Shown here in pieces: positions 1 to 10,950 of a stretch of 64,000 nucleotides of DNA. How positions within the stretch are numbered: position 1 is the first letter of the stretch; each line of letters opens with the position of its first letter. A program made the position numbers and the translations under genes. This stretch comes from Eledone cirrhosa (lineage: Eukaryota): the NCBI GenBank assembly GCA_964016885.1, contig OZ024741.1, forward strand, positions 248,930,001 through 248,994,000, in the 5' to 3' direction. The notes below the pieces were generated by a model, which saw only the letters and a program-made list of their open reading frames with translations, was not told where the DNA came from and searched no databases.

Positions 1-57
1 AAATCAGGGGGAGATAATTTGTAAAAAAAATCAGGGGGAGATAATTTGTAAAAAAAA

Positions 58-400
58 TCAGGGGTAGACAATTTTCAGCCGTCCAAGGGGAGATAATTTC
101 CATCCTTCCAAGGGGAGATAATTTCCAGCCGTCCAAGGGGAGATAATTTCCCGCCAGCCAAGGAGAGATAACATTTAAAAAAATCAGGCGGAGATAATTT
201 GTAAAAAAAATCAGGGGGAGATAATTTGTAAAAAAATCAGGGGGAGATAATTTGTAAAAAAAATCAGGGGTAGATAATTTCCAGCCGTCCAAGGGGAGAT
301 AATTTCCATCCTTCCAAGGGGAGATAATTTCCAGCCGTCCAAGGGGAGATAATTTCCCGCCAGCCAAGGAGAGATAATATTTAAAAAAATCAGGCGGAGA
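58..400 (+). repeat. Module M1 pair (example copy): 4 B monomers including ccatccttcc and cccgccagcc variants, entered via GGGGTAGAT and exited via ggagagataa(c/t)attt...caggcgg
   Basis: The same ordered variant string recurs dozens of times (e.g. ~4375-4690, 5575-5900, 8510-8830, 23320-23650). It usually occurs as an aacattt copy followed by an aatattt copy 206 bp later. Confidence 0.9.
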
Positions 401-1167
401 TAATTTGTAAAAAAAATCAGGGGGAGATAATTTGTAAAAAAATCAGGGGGAGATAATTTGTAAAAAAAAAATCAGGGGGAGATAATTTGTAAAAAAAATC
501 AGGGGTAGATAATTTGTAAAAAAAAATCAGGGGGAGATAATTTGTAAAAAAAATCAGGGGGAGATAATTTGTAAAAAAAATCAGGGGTAGATAATTTCCA
601 GCCGTCCAAGGGGAGATAATTTCCATCCTTCCAAGGGGAGATAATTTCCAGCCGTCCAAGGGGAGATAATTTCCCGCCAGCCAAGGAGAGATAATATTTA
701 AAAAAATCAGGCGGAGATAATTTGTAAAAAAAATCAGAGGGAGATAATTTGTAAAAAAAAAATCAGGGCGAGATAATTTGTAAAAAAAAATCAGGGGGAG
801 ATAATTTGTAAAAAAAAATCAGGGGGAGATAATTTGTAAAAAAAATCAGGGGTAGATAATTTGTAAAAAAAATCAGGGGGAGATAATTTGTAAAAAAAAT
901 CAGGGGGAGATAATTTGTAAAAAAAATCAAGGGGAGATAATTTGCAGCCGTCCAAGGGGAGATAATTTTCAGCCGTCCAAGGAGAGATAATTTCTAGCCG
1001 TTCAAGGGGAGATAATTTCCAGCCGTCCAAGGGGAGATAATTTTTAAAAAAAAATCAGGCGGAGATAATTTGTAAACAAAAATCAGGGGGAGATAATTTG
1101 TAAAAAAAAATCAGGGGGAGATAATTTGTAAAAAAAAATCAGGGGGATATAATTTGTAAAAAAAATC

Positions 1168-1392
1168 AAGGGGAGATAATTTCCAGCCGTCCAAGGGGAG
1201 GTAATATCTAGCCATCCAAGGGGAGATAATTTCCAGCCGTCCAAGGGGAGATAATTTCCAGCCGTCCAAGGGGAGATAATATCCAGCCGTCCAAGGAGAC
1301 ATATTTTCCAGCCGTCCAATGAGAGGTAATTTCTAGCCGTCCAAGGGGAGATAAGTTCCAGCCTCCAAGGGGAGATAATTTCCAGCCAGCCA
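1168..1392 (+). repeat. Module M3 (example copy): 9 B monomers with ggaggtaatatctagccatcc, gataatatcc, ggagacatattttcc, gataagttccagcctcc and ccagccagcc variants in fixed order
   Basis: Recurs at ~2595, 5110, 6070, 8040, 10590, 11345, 12550, 13170, 15740, 18290, 20225 and onward to ~61010. Confidence 0.9.
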
Positions 1393-1789
1393 AGGGGAGA
1401 TAATTTGTAAAAAAATCAGGGGGAGATAATTTGTAAAAAAAATCAGGGGGAGATAATTTGTAAAAAAAAATCAGGGGAGATAATTTGTAAAAAAAAATCA
1501 GGGGGAGATAATTTGTAAAAAAAAATCAGGGAGAGATAATTTGTAAAAAAAATCAAGGGGAGATAATTTCCAGCCGTCCAAGGGGAGATAATTTTCAGCC
1601 GTCCAAGGAGAGGTAAATTCTAGCCGTCCAAGGAGAGATAATTTCCAGCCGTCCAAGGTGAGATAATTTCCAGCCGTCCAAAGGGAGATAATTTTTTTAA
1701 AAAAATCAGGCGCAGATAAGTTGTAAAAAAAAATCAGGGGGAGATAATTTGTAAAAAAAAATCAGGGGGAGATAATTTGTAAAAAAAAT

Positions 1790-2157
1790 CAAGGGGAGAT
1801 AATTTCCAGCCGTCCAAGGGAAGATAATTTCCAGCCCTCCAAGGGGCTATAATTTCCAGCGTCCAAGGGGAGATAATTTCCAGCCAGGGAAGGGGAGATA
1901 ATTTTTTTTTAAAAATCACTGGGAGATTTGTAAAAAAAATCAGGGGGAGATAATTTGTAAAAAACTCAAGGGGTGATAATTTCCAGCCGTCCAAAGAGAG
2001 ATAATTTCTAGCCGTCCAAGGGGAGATAATTTCCAGCCAAGGGGAGATAATTTCCAGCCTTCCAAGGGGAGATAATTTTTAAAAAAATCAGGTGGAGATA
2101 ATTTGTAAAAAAAATCAGTGGAAGATAATTTGTAAAAAGAAAATCAAGGGCAGATAA
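1790..2157 (+). repeat. Module M5: rare, most diverged block (ccagcgtcc, cagggaagggg, cactgggagatttg, ctcaaggggtgat, 21-bp ccagccaagggg monomer, cagtggaag)
   Basis: Near-identical copies at ~25500-25870, ~53825-54190 and ~59540-59910. Confidence 0.85.
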
Positions 2158-2922
2158 GTTCCAGCCTCCAAGGGGAGATAATTTCCAGCCAGCCAAGGGG
2201 AGATAATTTGTAAAAAAATTAGGGGGAGATAATTTGTAAAAAAAAATTAGGGGGAGATAATTTGTAAAAAAAAATCAGGTGGAGATAATTTGTAAAAAAA
2301 AATCAGGGGGAGATAATTTGTAAAAAAAATCAAGGGGAGATAATTTCCAGCCGTCCAAGGGGAGATAATTTTCAGCCGTCCAAGGAGAGGTAAATTGTAG
2401 CCGTCCAAGGAGATATAATTTCCAGCCGTCCAAGGGGAGATAATTTCCAGCCGTCCAAGGGGAGATAATTTTTAAAAAAAAATCAGGCGGAGATAATTTG
2501 TAAACAAAAATCAGGGGGAGATAATTTTTAAAAAAAAATCAGGGGGAGATAATTTGTAAAAAAAAATCAGGGGGAGATAATTTGTAAAAAAAATCAAGGG
2601 GAGATAATTTCCAGCCGTCCAAGGGGACGTAATATCTAGCCATCCAAGGGGAGATAATTTCCAGCCGTCCAAGGGGAGATAATTTCCAGCCGTCCAAGGG
2701 GAGATAATATCCAGCCGTCCAAGGAGACATATTTTCCAGCCGTCCAAGGAGAGGTAATTTCTAGCCGTCCAAGGGGAGATAAGTTCCAGCCTCCAAGGGG
2801 AGATAATTTCCAGCCAGCCAAGGGGAGATAATTTGTAAAAAAATCAGGGGGGAGATAATTTGTAAAAAAAATCAGGGGGAGATAATTTGAAAAAAAAATC
2901 AGGGGGAGATAATTTGTAAAAA

Positions 2923-3116
2923 ATATCAAGGGGAGATAATTTCCAGCCCTCCAAGGGGCTATAATTTCCAGCCGTGCAAGGGGAGATAATTTCCAGCCGT
3001 CCAAGGGGAGATAATTTCCATCCTTCCAAGGGGAGATAATTTCCAGCCGTCCAAGGGGAGATAATTTCCCGCCAGCCAAGGGAAGATAATTTTTTAAAAA
3101 ATCAGGCGGAGATTGT
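2923..3116 (+). repeat. Module M4 (example copy): 6 B monomers with ccagccctccaaggggctata and ccgtgcaa, ending gggaagataatttttt...ggcggagattgt
   Basis: Copies at ~13500, 20550, 31335, 34570, 37460 and 48880, each following an M3 and a G6-containing A monomer. Confidence 0.88.
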
Positions 3117-3812
3117 AAAAAAAATCAGGGGGAGATAATTTGTAAAAAAATCAGGGGGAGATAATTTGTAAAAAAAAAATCAGGGGGAGATAATTTGTAA
3201 AAAAAAATCAGGGGGAGATAATTTGTAAAAAAAATCAGGGGTGATAATTTGTAAAAAAAATCAGGGGTAGATAATTTGTAAAAAAAATCAGGGGGAGATA
3301 ATTTGTAAAAAAAATCAGGGGGAGATAATTTGTAAAAAAAATCAGGGGTAGATAATTTTCAGCCGTCCAAGGGGAGATAATTTCCATCCTTCCAAGGGGA
3401 GATAATTTCCAGCCGTCCAAGGGGAGATAATTTCCCGCCAGCCAAGGAGAGATAACATTTAAAAAAATCAGGCTGAGATAATTTGTAAAAAAATCAGGGG
3501 GAGATAATTTGTAAAAAAAATCAGGGGTAGATAATTTTCAGCCGTCCAAGGGGAGATAATTTCCATCCTTCCAAGGGGAGATAATTTCCAGCCGTCCAAG
3601 GGGAGATAATTTCCCGCCAGCCAAGGAGAGATAACATTTAAAAAAATCAGGGGGAGATAATTTGTAAAAAAAAATCAGGGGGAGATAATTCGTAAAAAAA
3701 AATCAGGGGGAGATAATTTGTAAAAAAAAATCAGGGGTAGATAATTTGTAAAAAAAAATCAGGGGGAGATAATTTGTAAAAAAAAATCAGGGGGAGATAA
3801 TTTGTAAAAAAA

Positions 3813-3970
3813 TCAAGGGGAGATAATTTCCAGCCGTCCAAGGGGAGATAATTTTCAGCCGTCCAAGGAGAGGTAATTTCTAGCCGTCCAAGGGGAGATA
3901 ATTTCCAGCCGTCCAAGGGGAGATAATTTTTTTAAAAAAATCAGGCGGAGATAATTTGTAAACAAAAATC
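3813..3970 (+). repeat. Module M2 (example copy): 4 B monomers (tttcc, ttttc, ggagaggtaatttcta, tttcc) followed by tttttt-aaaaaaa-tcaggcgg and gtaaacaaaaa
   Basis: Recurs at ~4870, 7800, 9000, 9210, 10350, 12310, 14390, 15500, 16700, 16910 and many later positions. Confidence 0.88.
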
Positions 3971-4989
3971 AGGGGGAGATAATTTGTAAAAAAAAATCAG
4001 GGGGAGATAATTTGTAAAAAAAATCAAGGGGAGATAATTTGTAAAAAAAAATCAGGGGTAGATAATTTGTAAAAAAATATCAGGGGGAGATAATTTGTAA
4101 AAAAAAAATCAGGGGGAGATAATTTTTAAAAAAATCAAGGGGAGATAATTTCCAGCCGTCCAAGGGGAGATAATTTTCAGCCGTCCAAGGAGAGGTAATT
4201 TCTAGCCGTCCAAGGGGAGATAATTTCCAGCCAGCCAAGGGGAGATAATTTGTAAAAAAATCAGGGGTAGATAATTTGTAAAAAAAAATCAGGGGGAGAT
4301 AATTTGTAAAAAAAATCAGGGGGAGATAATTTGTAAAAAAAATCAGGGGGAGATAATTTGTAAAAAAAATCAGGGGTAGATAATTTTCAGCCGTCCAAGG
4401 GGAGATAATTTCCATCCTTCCAAGGGGAGATAATTTCCAGCCGTCCAAGGGGAGATAATTTCCCGCCAGCCAAGGAGAGATAACATTTAAAAAAATCAGG
4501 CGGAGATAATTTGTAAAAAAAATCAGGGGGAGATAATTTGTAAAAAAATCAGGGGGAGATAATTTGTAAAAAAAATCAGGGGTAGATAATTTCCAGCCGT
4601 CCAAGGGGAGATAATTTCCATCCTTCCAAGGGGAGATAATTTCCAGCCGTCCAAGGGGAGATAATTTCCCGCCAGCCAAGGAGAGATAATATTTAAAAAA
4701 ATCAGGGGGAGATAATTTGTAAAAAAAAATCAGGGGGAGATAATTTGTAAAAAAAATCAGGGGGAGATAATTTGTAAAAAAAATCAGGGGTAGATAATTT
4801 GTAAAAAAAAATCAGGGGGAGATAATTTGTAAAAAAAAAATCAGGGGGAGATAATTTGTAAAAAAATCAAGGGGAGATAATTTCCAGCCGTCCAAGGGGA
4901 GATAATTTTCAGCCGTCCAAGGAGAGGTAATTTCTAGCCGTCCAAGGGGAGATAATTTCCAGCCGTCCAAGGGGAGATAATTTTTTAAA

Positions 4990-6925
4990 AAAAATCAGGC
5001 GGAGATAATTTGTAAACAAAAATCAGGGGGAGATAATTTGTAAAAAAAAATCAGGGGGAGATAATTTGTAAAAAAAAATCAGGGGGAGATAATTTGTAAA
5101 AAAAATCAAGGGGAGATAATTTCCAGCCGTCCAAGGGGAGGTAATATCTAGCCATCCAAGGGGAGATAATTTCCAGCCGTCCAAGGAGAGATAATTTCCA
5201 GCCGTCCAAGGGGAGATAATATCCAGCCGTCCAAGAGACATATTTTCCAGCCGACCAAGGAGAGGTAATTTCTAACCGTCCAAGGGGAGATAAGTTCCAG
5301 CCTCCAAGGGGAGATAATTTCCAGCCAGCCAAGGGGAGATAATTTGTAAAAAAATCAGGGGGAGATAATTTGTAAAAAAAAAATCAGGGGGAGATAATTT
5401 GTAAAAAAATCAGGGGGAGATAATTTGTAAAAAAAAAATCAGGGGGAGATAATTTGTAAAAAAAATCAGGGGGAGATAATTTGTAAAAAAAATCAGGGGT
5501 AGATAATTTGTAAAAAAAATCAGGGGGAGATAATTTGTAAAAAAAATCAGGGGGAGATAATTTGTAAAAAAAATCAGGGGTAGATAATTTTCAGCCGTCC
5601 AAGGGGAGATAATTTCCATCCTTCCAAGGGGAGATAATTTCCAGCCGTCCAAGGGGAGATAATTTCCCGCCAGCCAAGGAGAGATAACATTTAAAAAAAT
5701 CAGGCGGAGATAATTTGTAAAAAAAATCAGGGGGAGATAATTTGTAAAAAAATCAGGGGGAGATAATTTGTAAAAAAAATCAGGGGTAGATAATTTCCAC
5801 CCGTCCAAGGGGAGATAATTTCCATCCTTCCAAGGGGAGATAATTTCCAGCCGTCCAAGGGGAGATAATTTCCCGCCAGCCAAGGAGAGATAATATTTAA
5901 AAAAATCAGGCGGAGATAATTTGTAAAAAAAATCAGGGGGAGATAATTTGTAAAAAAATCAGGCGGAGATAATTTGTAAACAAAAATCAAGGGGAGATAA
6001 TTTGTAAAAAAAAATCAGGGGGAGATAATTTGTAAAAAAAAATCAGGGGGAGATAATTTGTAAAAAAAATCAAGGGGAGATAATTTCCAGCCGTCCAAGG
6101 GGAGGTAATATCTAGCCATCCAAGGGGAGATAATTTCCAGCCGTCCAAGGGGAGATAATTTCCAGCCGTCCAAGGGGAGATAATATCCAGCCGTCCAAGG
6201 AGACATATTTTCCAGCCGACCAAGGAGAGGTAATTTCTAACCGTCCAAGGGGAGATAAGTTCCAGCCTCCAAGGGGAGATAATTTCCAGCCAGCCAAGGG
6301 GAGATAATTTGTAAAAAAATCAGGGGGAGATAATTTGTAAAAAAAAAATCAGGGGGAGATAATTTGTAAAAAAATCAGGGGGAGATAATTTGTAAAAAAA
6401 AAATCAGGGGGAGATAATTTGTAAAAAAAATCAGGGGGAGATAATTTGTAAAAAAAATCAGGGGTAGATAATTTGTAAAAAAAATCAGGGGGAGATAATT
6501 TGTAAAAAAAATCAGGGGGAGATAATTTGTAAAAAAAATCAGGGGTAGATAATTTTCAGCCGTCCAAGGGGAGATAATTTCCATCCTTCCAAGGGGAGAT
6601 AATTTCCAGCCGTCCAAGGGGAGATAATTTCCCGCCAGCCAAGGAGAGATAACATTTAAAAAAATCAGGCGGAGATAATTTGTAAAAAAAATCAGGGGGA
6701 GATAATTTGTAAAAAAATCAGGGGGAGATAATTTGTAAAAAAAATCAGGGGTAGATAATTTCCAGCCGTCCAAGGGGAGATAATTTCCATCCTTCCAAGG
6801 GGAGATAATTTCCAGCCGTCCAAGGGGAGATAATTTCCCGCCAGCCAAGGAGAGATAATATTTAAAAAAATCAGGCGGAGATAATTTGTAAAAAAAATCA
6901 GGGGGAGATAATTTGTAAAAAAATC
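4990..6925 (+). repeat. Local tandem duplication, unit ~965 bp (M3 + M1 pair)
   Basis: Identical ORF translations at 5410/6375 (offset 965). Both copies carry the rare ctaaccgtcc and ccgacc variants. Confidence 0.8.
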
Positions 6926-7084
6926 AGGGGGAGATAATTTGTAAAAAAAAATCAGGGGGAGATAATTTGTAAAAAAAATCAGGGGGAGATAATTTGTAAA
7001 AAAAAATCAGGGGTAGATAATTTGTAAAAAAAAATCAGGGGGAGATAATTTGTAAAAAAAAATCAGGGGGAGATAATTTGTAAA

Positions 7085-10000
7085 AAAATCAAGGGGAGAT
7101 AATTTCCAGCCAGCCAAGGGGAGATAATTTGTAAAAAAATCAGGGGTAGATAATTTGTAAAAAAAAATCAGGGGGAGATAATTTGTAAAAAAAATCAGGG
7201 GGAGATAATTTGTAAAAAAAATCAGGGGGAGATAATTTGTAAAAAAAATCAGGGGTAGATAATTTTCAGCCGTCCAAGGGGAGATAATTTCCATCCTTCC
7301 AAGGGGAGATAATTTCCAGCCGTCCAAGGGGAGATAATTTCCCGCCAGCCAAGGAGAGATAACATTTAAAAAAATCAGGCGGAGATAATTTGTAAAAAAA
7401 ATCAGGGGGAGATAATTTGTAAAAAAATCAGGGGGAGATAATTTGTAAAAAAAATCAGGGGTAGATAATTTCCAGCCGTCCAAGGGGAGATAATTTCCAT
7501 CCTTCCAAGGGGAGATAATTTCCAGCCGTCCAAGGGGAGATAATTTCCCGCCAGCCAAGGAGAGATAATATTTAAAAAAATCAGGCGGAGATAATTTGTA
7601 AAAAAAATCAGGGGGAGATAATTTGTAAAAAAATCAGGGGGAGATAATTTGTAAAAAAAATCAGGGGGAGATAATTTGTAAAAAAAATCAGGGGGAGATA
7701 ATTTGTAAAAAAAATCAGGGGTAGATAATTTGTAAAAAAAAATCAGGGGGAGATAATTTGTAAAAAAAAAATCAGGGGGAGATAATTTGTAAAAAAATCA
7801 AGGGGAGATAATTTCCAGCCGTCCAAGGGGAGATAATTTTCAGCCGTCCAAGGAGAGGTAATTTCTAGCCGTCCAAGGGGAGATAATTTCCAGCCGTCCA
7901 AGGGGAGATAATTTTTAAAAAAAAATCAGGCGGAGATAATTTGTAAACAAAAATCAGGGGGAGATAATTTGTAAAAAAAAATCAGGGGGAGATAATTTGT
8001 AAAAAAAAATCAGGGGGAGATAATTTGTAAAAAAAATCAAGGGGAGATAATTTCCAGCCGTCCAAGGGGAGGTAATATCTAGCCATCCAAGGGGAGATAA
8101 TTTCCAGCCGTCCAAGGGGAGATAATTTCCAGCCGTCCAAGGGGAGATAATATCCAGCCGTCCAAGGAGACATATTTTCCAGCCGACCAAGGAGAGGTAA
8201 TTTCTAGCCGTCCAAGGGGAGATAAGTTCCAGCCTCCAAGGGGAGATAATTTCCAGCCAGCCAAGGGGAGATAATTTGTAAAAAAATCAGGGGGAGATAA
8301 TTTGTAAAAAAAAAATCAGGGGGAGATAATTTGTAAAAAAATCAGGGGGAGATAATTTGTAAAAAAAAAATCAGGGCGAGATAATTTGTAAAAAAAATCA
8401 GGGGGAGATAATTTGTAAAAAAAATCAGGGGTAGATAATTTGTAAAAAAAATCAGGGGGAGATAATTTGTAAAAAAAATCAGGGGGAGATAATTTGTAAA
8501 AAAAATCAGGGGTAGATAATTTTCAGCCGTCCAAGGGGAGATAATTTCCATCCTTCCAAGGGGAGATAATTTCCAGCCGTCCAAGGGGAGATAATTTCCC
8601 GCCAGCCAAGGAGAGATAACATTTAAAAAAATCAGGCGGAGATAATTTGTAAAAAAAATCAGGGGGAGATAATTTGTAAAAAAATCAGGGGGAGATAATT
8701 TGTAAAAAAAATCAGGGGTAGATAATTTCCAGCCGTCCAAGGGGAGATAATTTCCATCCTTCCAAGGGGAGATAATTTCCAGCCGTCCAAGGGGAGATAA
8801 TTTCCCGCCAGCCAAGGAGAGATAATATTTAAAAAAATCAGGCGGAGATAATTTGTAAAAAAAATCAGGGGGAGATAATTTGTAAAAAAATCAGGGGGAG
8901 ATAATTTGTAAAAAAAAATCAGGGGTAGATAATTTGTAAAAAAAAATCAGGGGGAGATAATTTGTAAAAAAAAATCAGGGGGAGATAATTTGTAAAAAAA
9001 TCAAGGGGAGATAATTTCCAGCCGTCCAAGGGGAGATAATTTTCAGCCGTCCAAGGAGAGGTAATTTCTAGCCGTCCAAGGGGAGATAATTTCCAGCCGT
9101 CCAAGGGGAGATAATTTTTTTAAAAAAATCAGGCGGAGATAATTTGTAAACAAAAATCAGGGGGAGAGAATTTGTAAAAAAAAATCAGGGGGAGATAATT
9201 TGTAAAAAAATCAAGGGGAGATAATTTCCAGCCGTCCAAGGGGAGATAATTTTCAGCCGTCCAAGGAGAGGTAATTTCTAGCCGTCCAAGGGGAGATAAT
9301 TTCCAGCCGTCCAAGCGGAGATAATTTTTTTAAAAAAATCAGGCGTAGATAATTTGTAAACAAAAATCAGGGGGAGATAATTTGTAAAAAAAAATCAGGG
9401 GGAGATAATTTGTAAAAAAAAATCAGGGGGAGATAATTTGTAAAAAAAATCAAGGGGAGATAATTTGTAAAAAAAAATCAGGGGTAGATAATTTGTAAAA
9501 AAAAATCAGGGGGAGATAATTTGTAAAAAAAAAATCAGGGGGAGATAATTTGTAAAAAAATCAAGGGGAGATAATTTCCAGCCGTCCAAGGGGAGATAAT
9601 TTTCAGCCGTCCAAGGAGAGGTAATTTCTAGCCGTCCAAGGGGAGATAATTTCCAGCCAGCCAAGGGGAGATAATTTGTAAAAAAATCAGGGGTAGATAA
9701 TTTGTAAAAAAAAATCAGGGGGAGATAATTTGTAAAAAAAATCAGGGGGAGATGATTTGTAAAAAAAATCAGGGGGAGATAATTTGTAAAAAAAATCAGG
9801 GCTAGATAATTTTCAGCCGTCCAAGGGGAGATAATTTCCATCCTTCCAAGGGGAGATAATTTCCAGCCGTCCAAGGGGAGATAATTTCCCGCCAGCCAAG
9901 GAGAGATAACATTTAAAAAAATCAGGCGGAGATAATTTGTAAAAAAAATCAGGGGGAGATAATTTGTAAAAAAATCAGGGGGAGATAATTTGTAAAGAAA

Positions 10001-10950
10001 ATCAGGGGTAGATAATTTCCAGCCGTCCAAGGGGAGATAATTTCCATCCTTCCAAGGGGAGATAATTTCCAGCCGTCCAAGGGGAGATAATTTCCCGCCA
10101 GCCAAGGAGAGATAATATTTAAAAAAATCAGGCGGAGATAATTTGTAAAAAAAATCAGGGGGAGATAATTTGTAAAAAAATCAGGGGGAGATAATTTGTA
10201 AAAAAAAATCAGGGGGAGATAATTTGTAAAAAAAATCAGGGGGAGATAATTTGTAAAAAAAATCAGGGGTAGATAATTTGTAAAAAAAAATCAGGGGGAG
10301 ATAATTTGTAAAAAAAAAATCAGGGGGAGATAATTTGTAAAAAAATCAAGGGGAGATAATTTCCAGCCGTCCAAGGGGAGATAATTTTCAGCCGTCCAAG
10401 GAGAGGTAATTTCTAGCCGTCCAAGGGGAGATAATTTCCAGCCGTCCAAGGGGAGATAATTTTTTTAAAAAAATCAGGCGGAGATAATTTGTAAACAAAA
10501 ATCAGGGGGAGATAATTTGTAAAAAAAAATCAGGGGGAGATAATTTGTAAAAAAAAATCAGGGGGAGATAATTTATAAAAAAAATCAAGGGGAGATAATT
10601 TCCAGCCGTCCAAGGGGAGGTAATATCTAGCCATCCAAGGGGAGATAATTTCCAGCCGTCCAAGGGGAGATAATTTCCAGCCGTCCAACGGGAGATAATA
10701 TCCAGCCGTCCAAGGAGACATATTTTCCAGCCGACCAAGGAGAGGTAATTTCTAGCCGTCCAAGGGGAGATAAGTTCCAGCCTCCAAGGGGAGATAATTT
10801 CCAGCCAGCCAAGGGGAGATAATTTGTAAAAAAATCAGGGGGAGATAATTTGTAAAAAAAAAATCAGGGGGAGATAATTTGTAAAAAAATCAGGGGGAGA
10901 TAATTTGTAAAAAAAAAATCAGGGGGAGATAATTTGTAAAAAAAATCAGG
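7085..10950 (+). repeat. Segment duplicated at ~14785-18650 (offset 7700)
   Basis: Constant offset 7700 (7954/15654, 8342/16042, 9129/16829, 9506/17206, 10627/18327). Shared rare variants: aggcgtagat (9341/17041), gtaaagaaa (~9992/17692), atttataaaa (10571/18271). Confidence 0.88.

Larger units (their letters stand above)
1..2157 (+). repeat. Copy of ~23260-25868 with an internal ~451-bp deletion
   Basis: ORF-track offsets are 23260 (417/23677, 791/24051) then 23711 (1083/24794, 1734/25445). Shared rare variants: cagaggg, gggcgag, tttgcagcc, ccgttcaa, ccaatgag, ggcgcag. Confidence 0.85.

Noticed and set aside
690-930. Phased A-tract intrinsic curvature (kinetoplast-like bent DNA)
   Set aside because: A-tract spacing of 26-29 bp is about 2.5-2.8 helical turns, not an integral number, so bends would not add coherently in a plane.
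960-1060. Short AT palindromes and T-run/A-run hairpins (tttttaaaaa, ctag, aatt) as terminators or transposon ends
   Set aside because: They are low-complexity by-products of junction monomers. There is no stable stem, TIR/TSD pair or adjacent gene.
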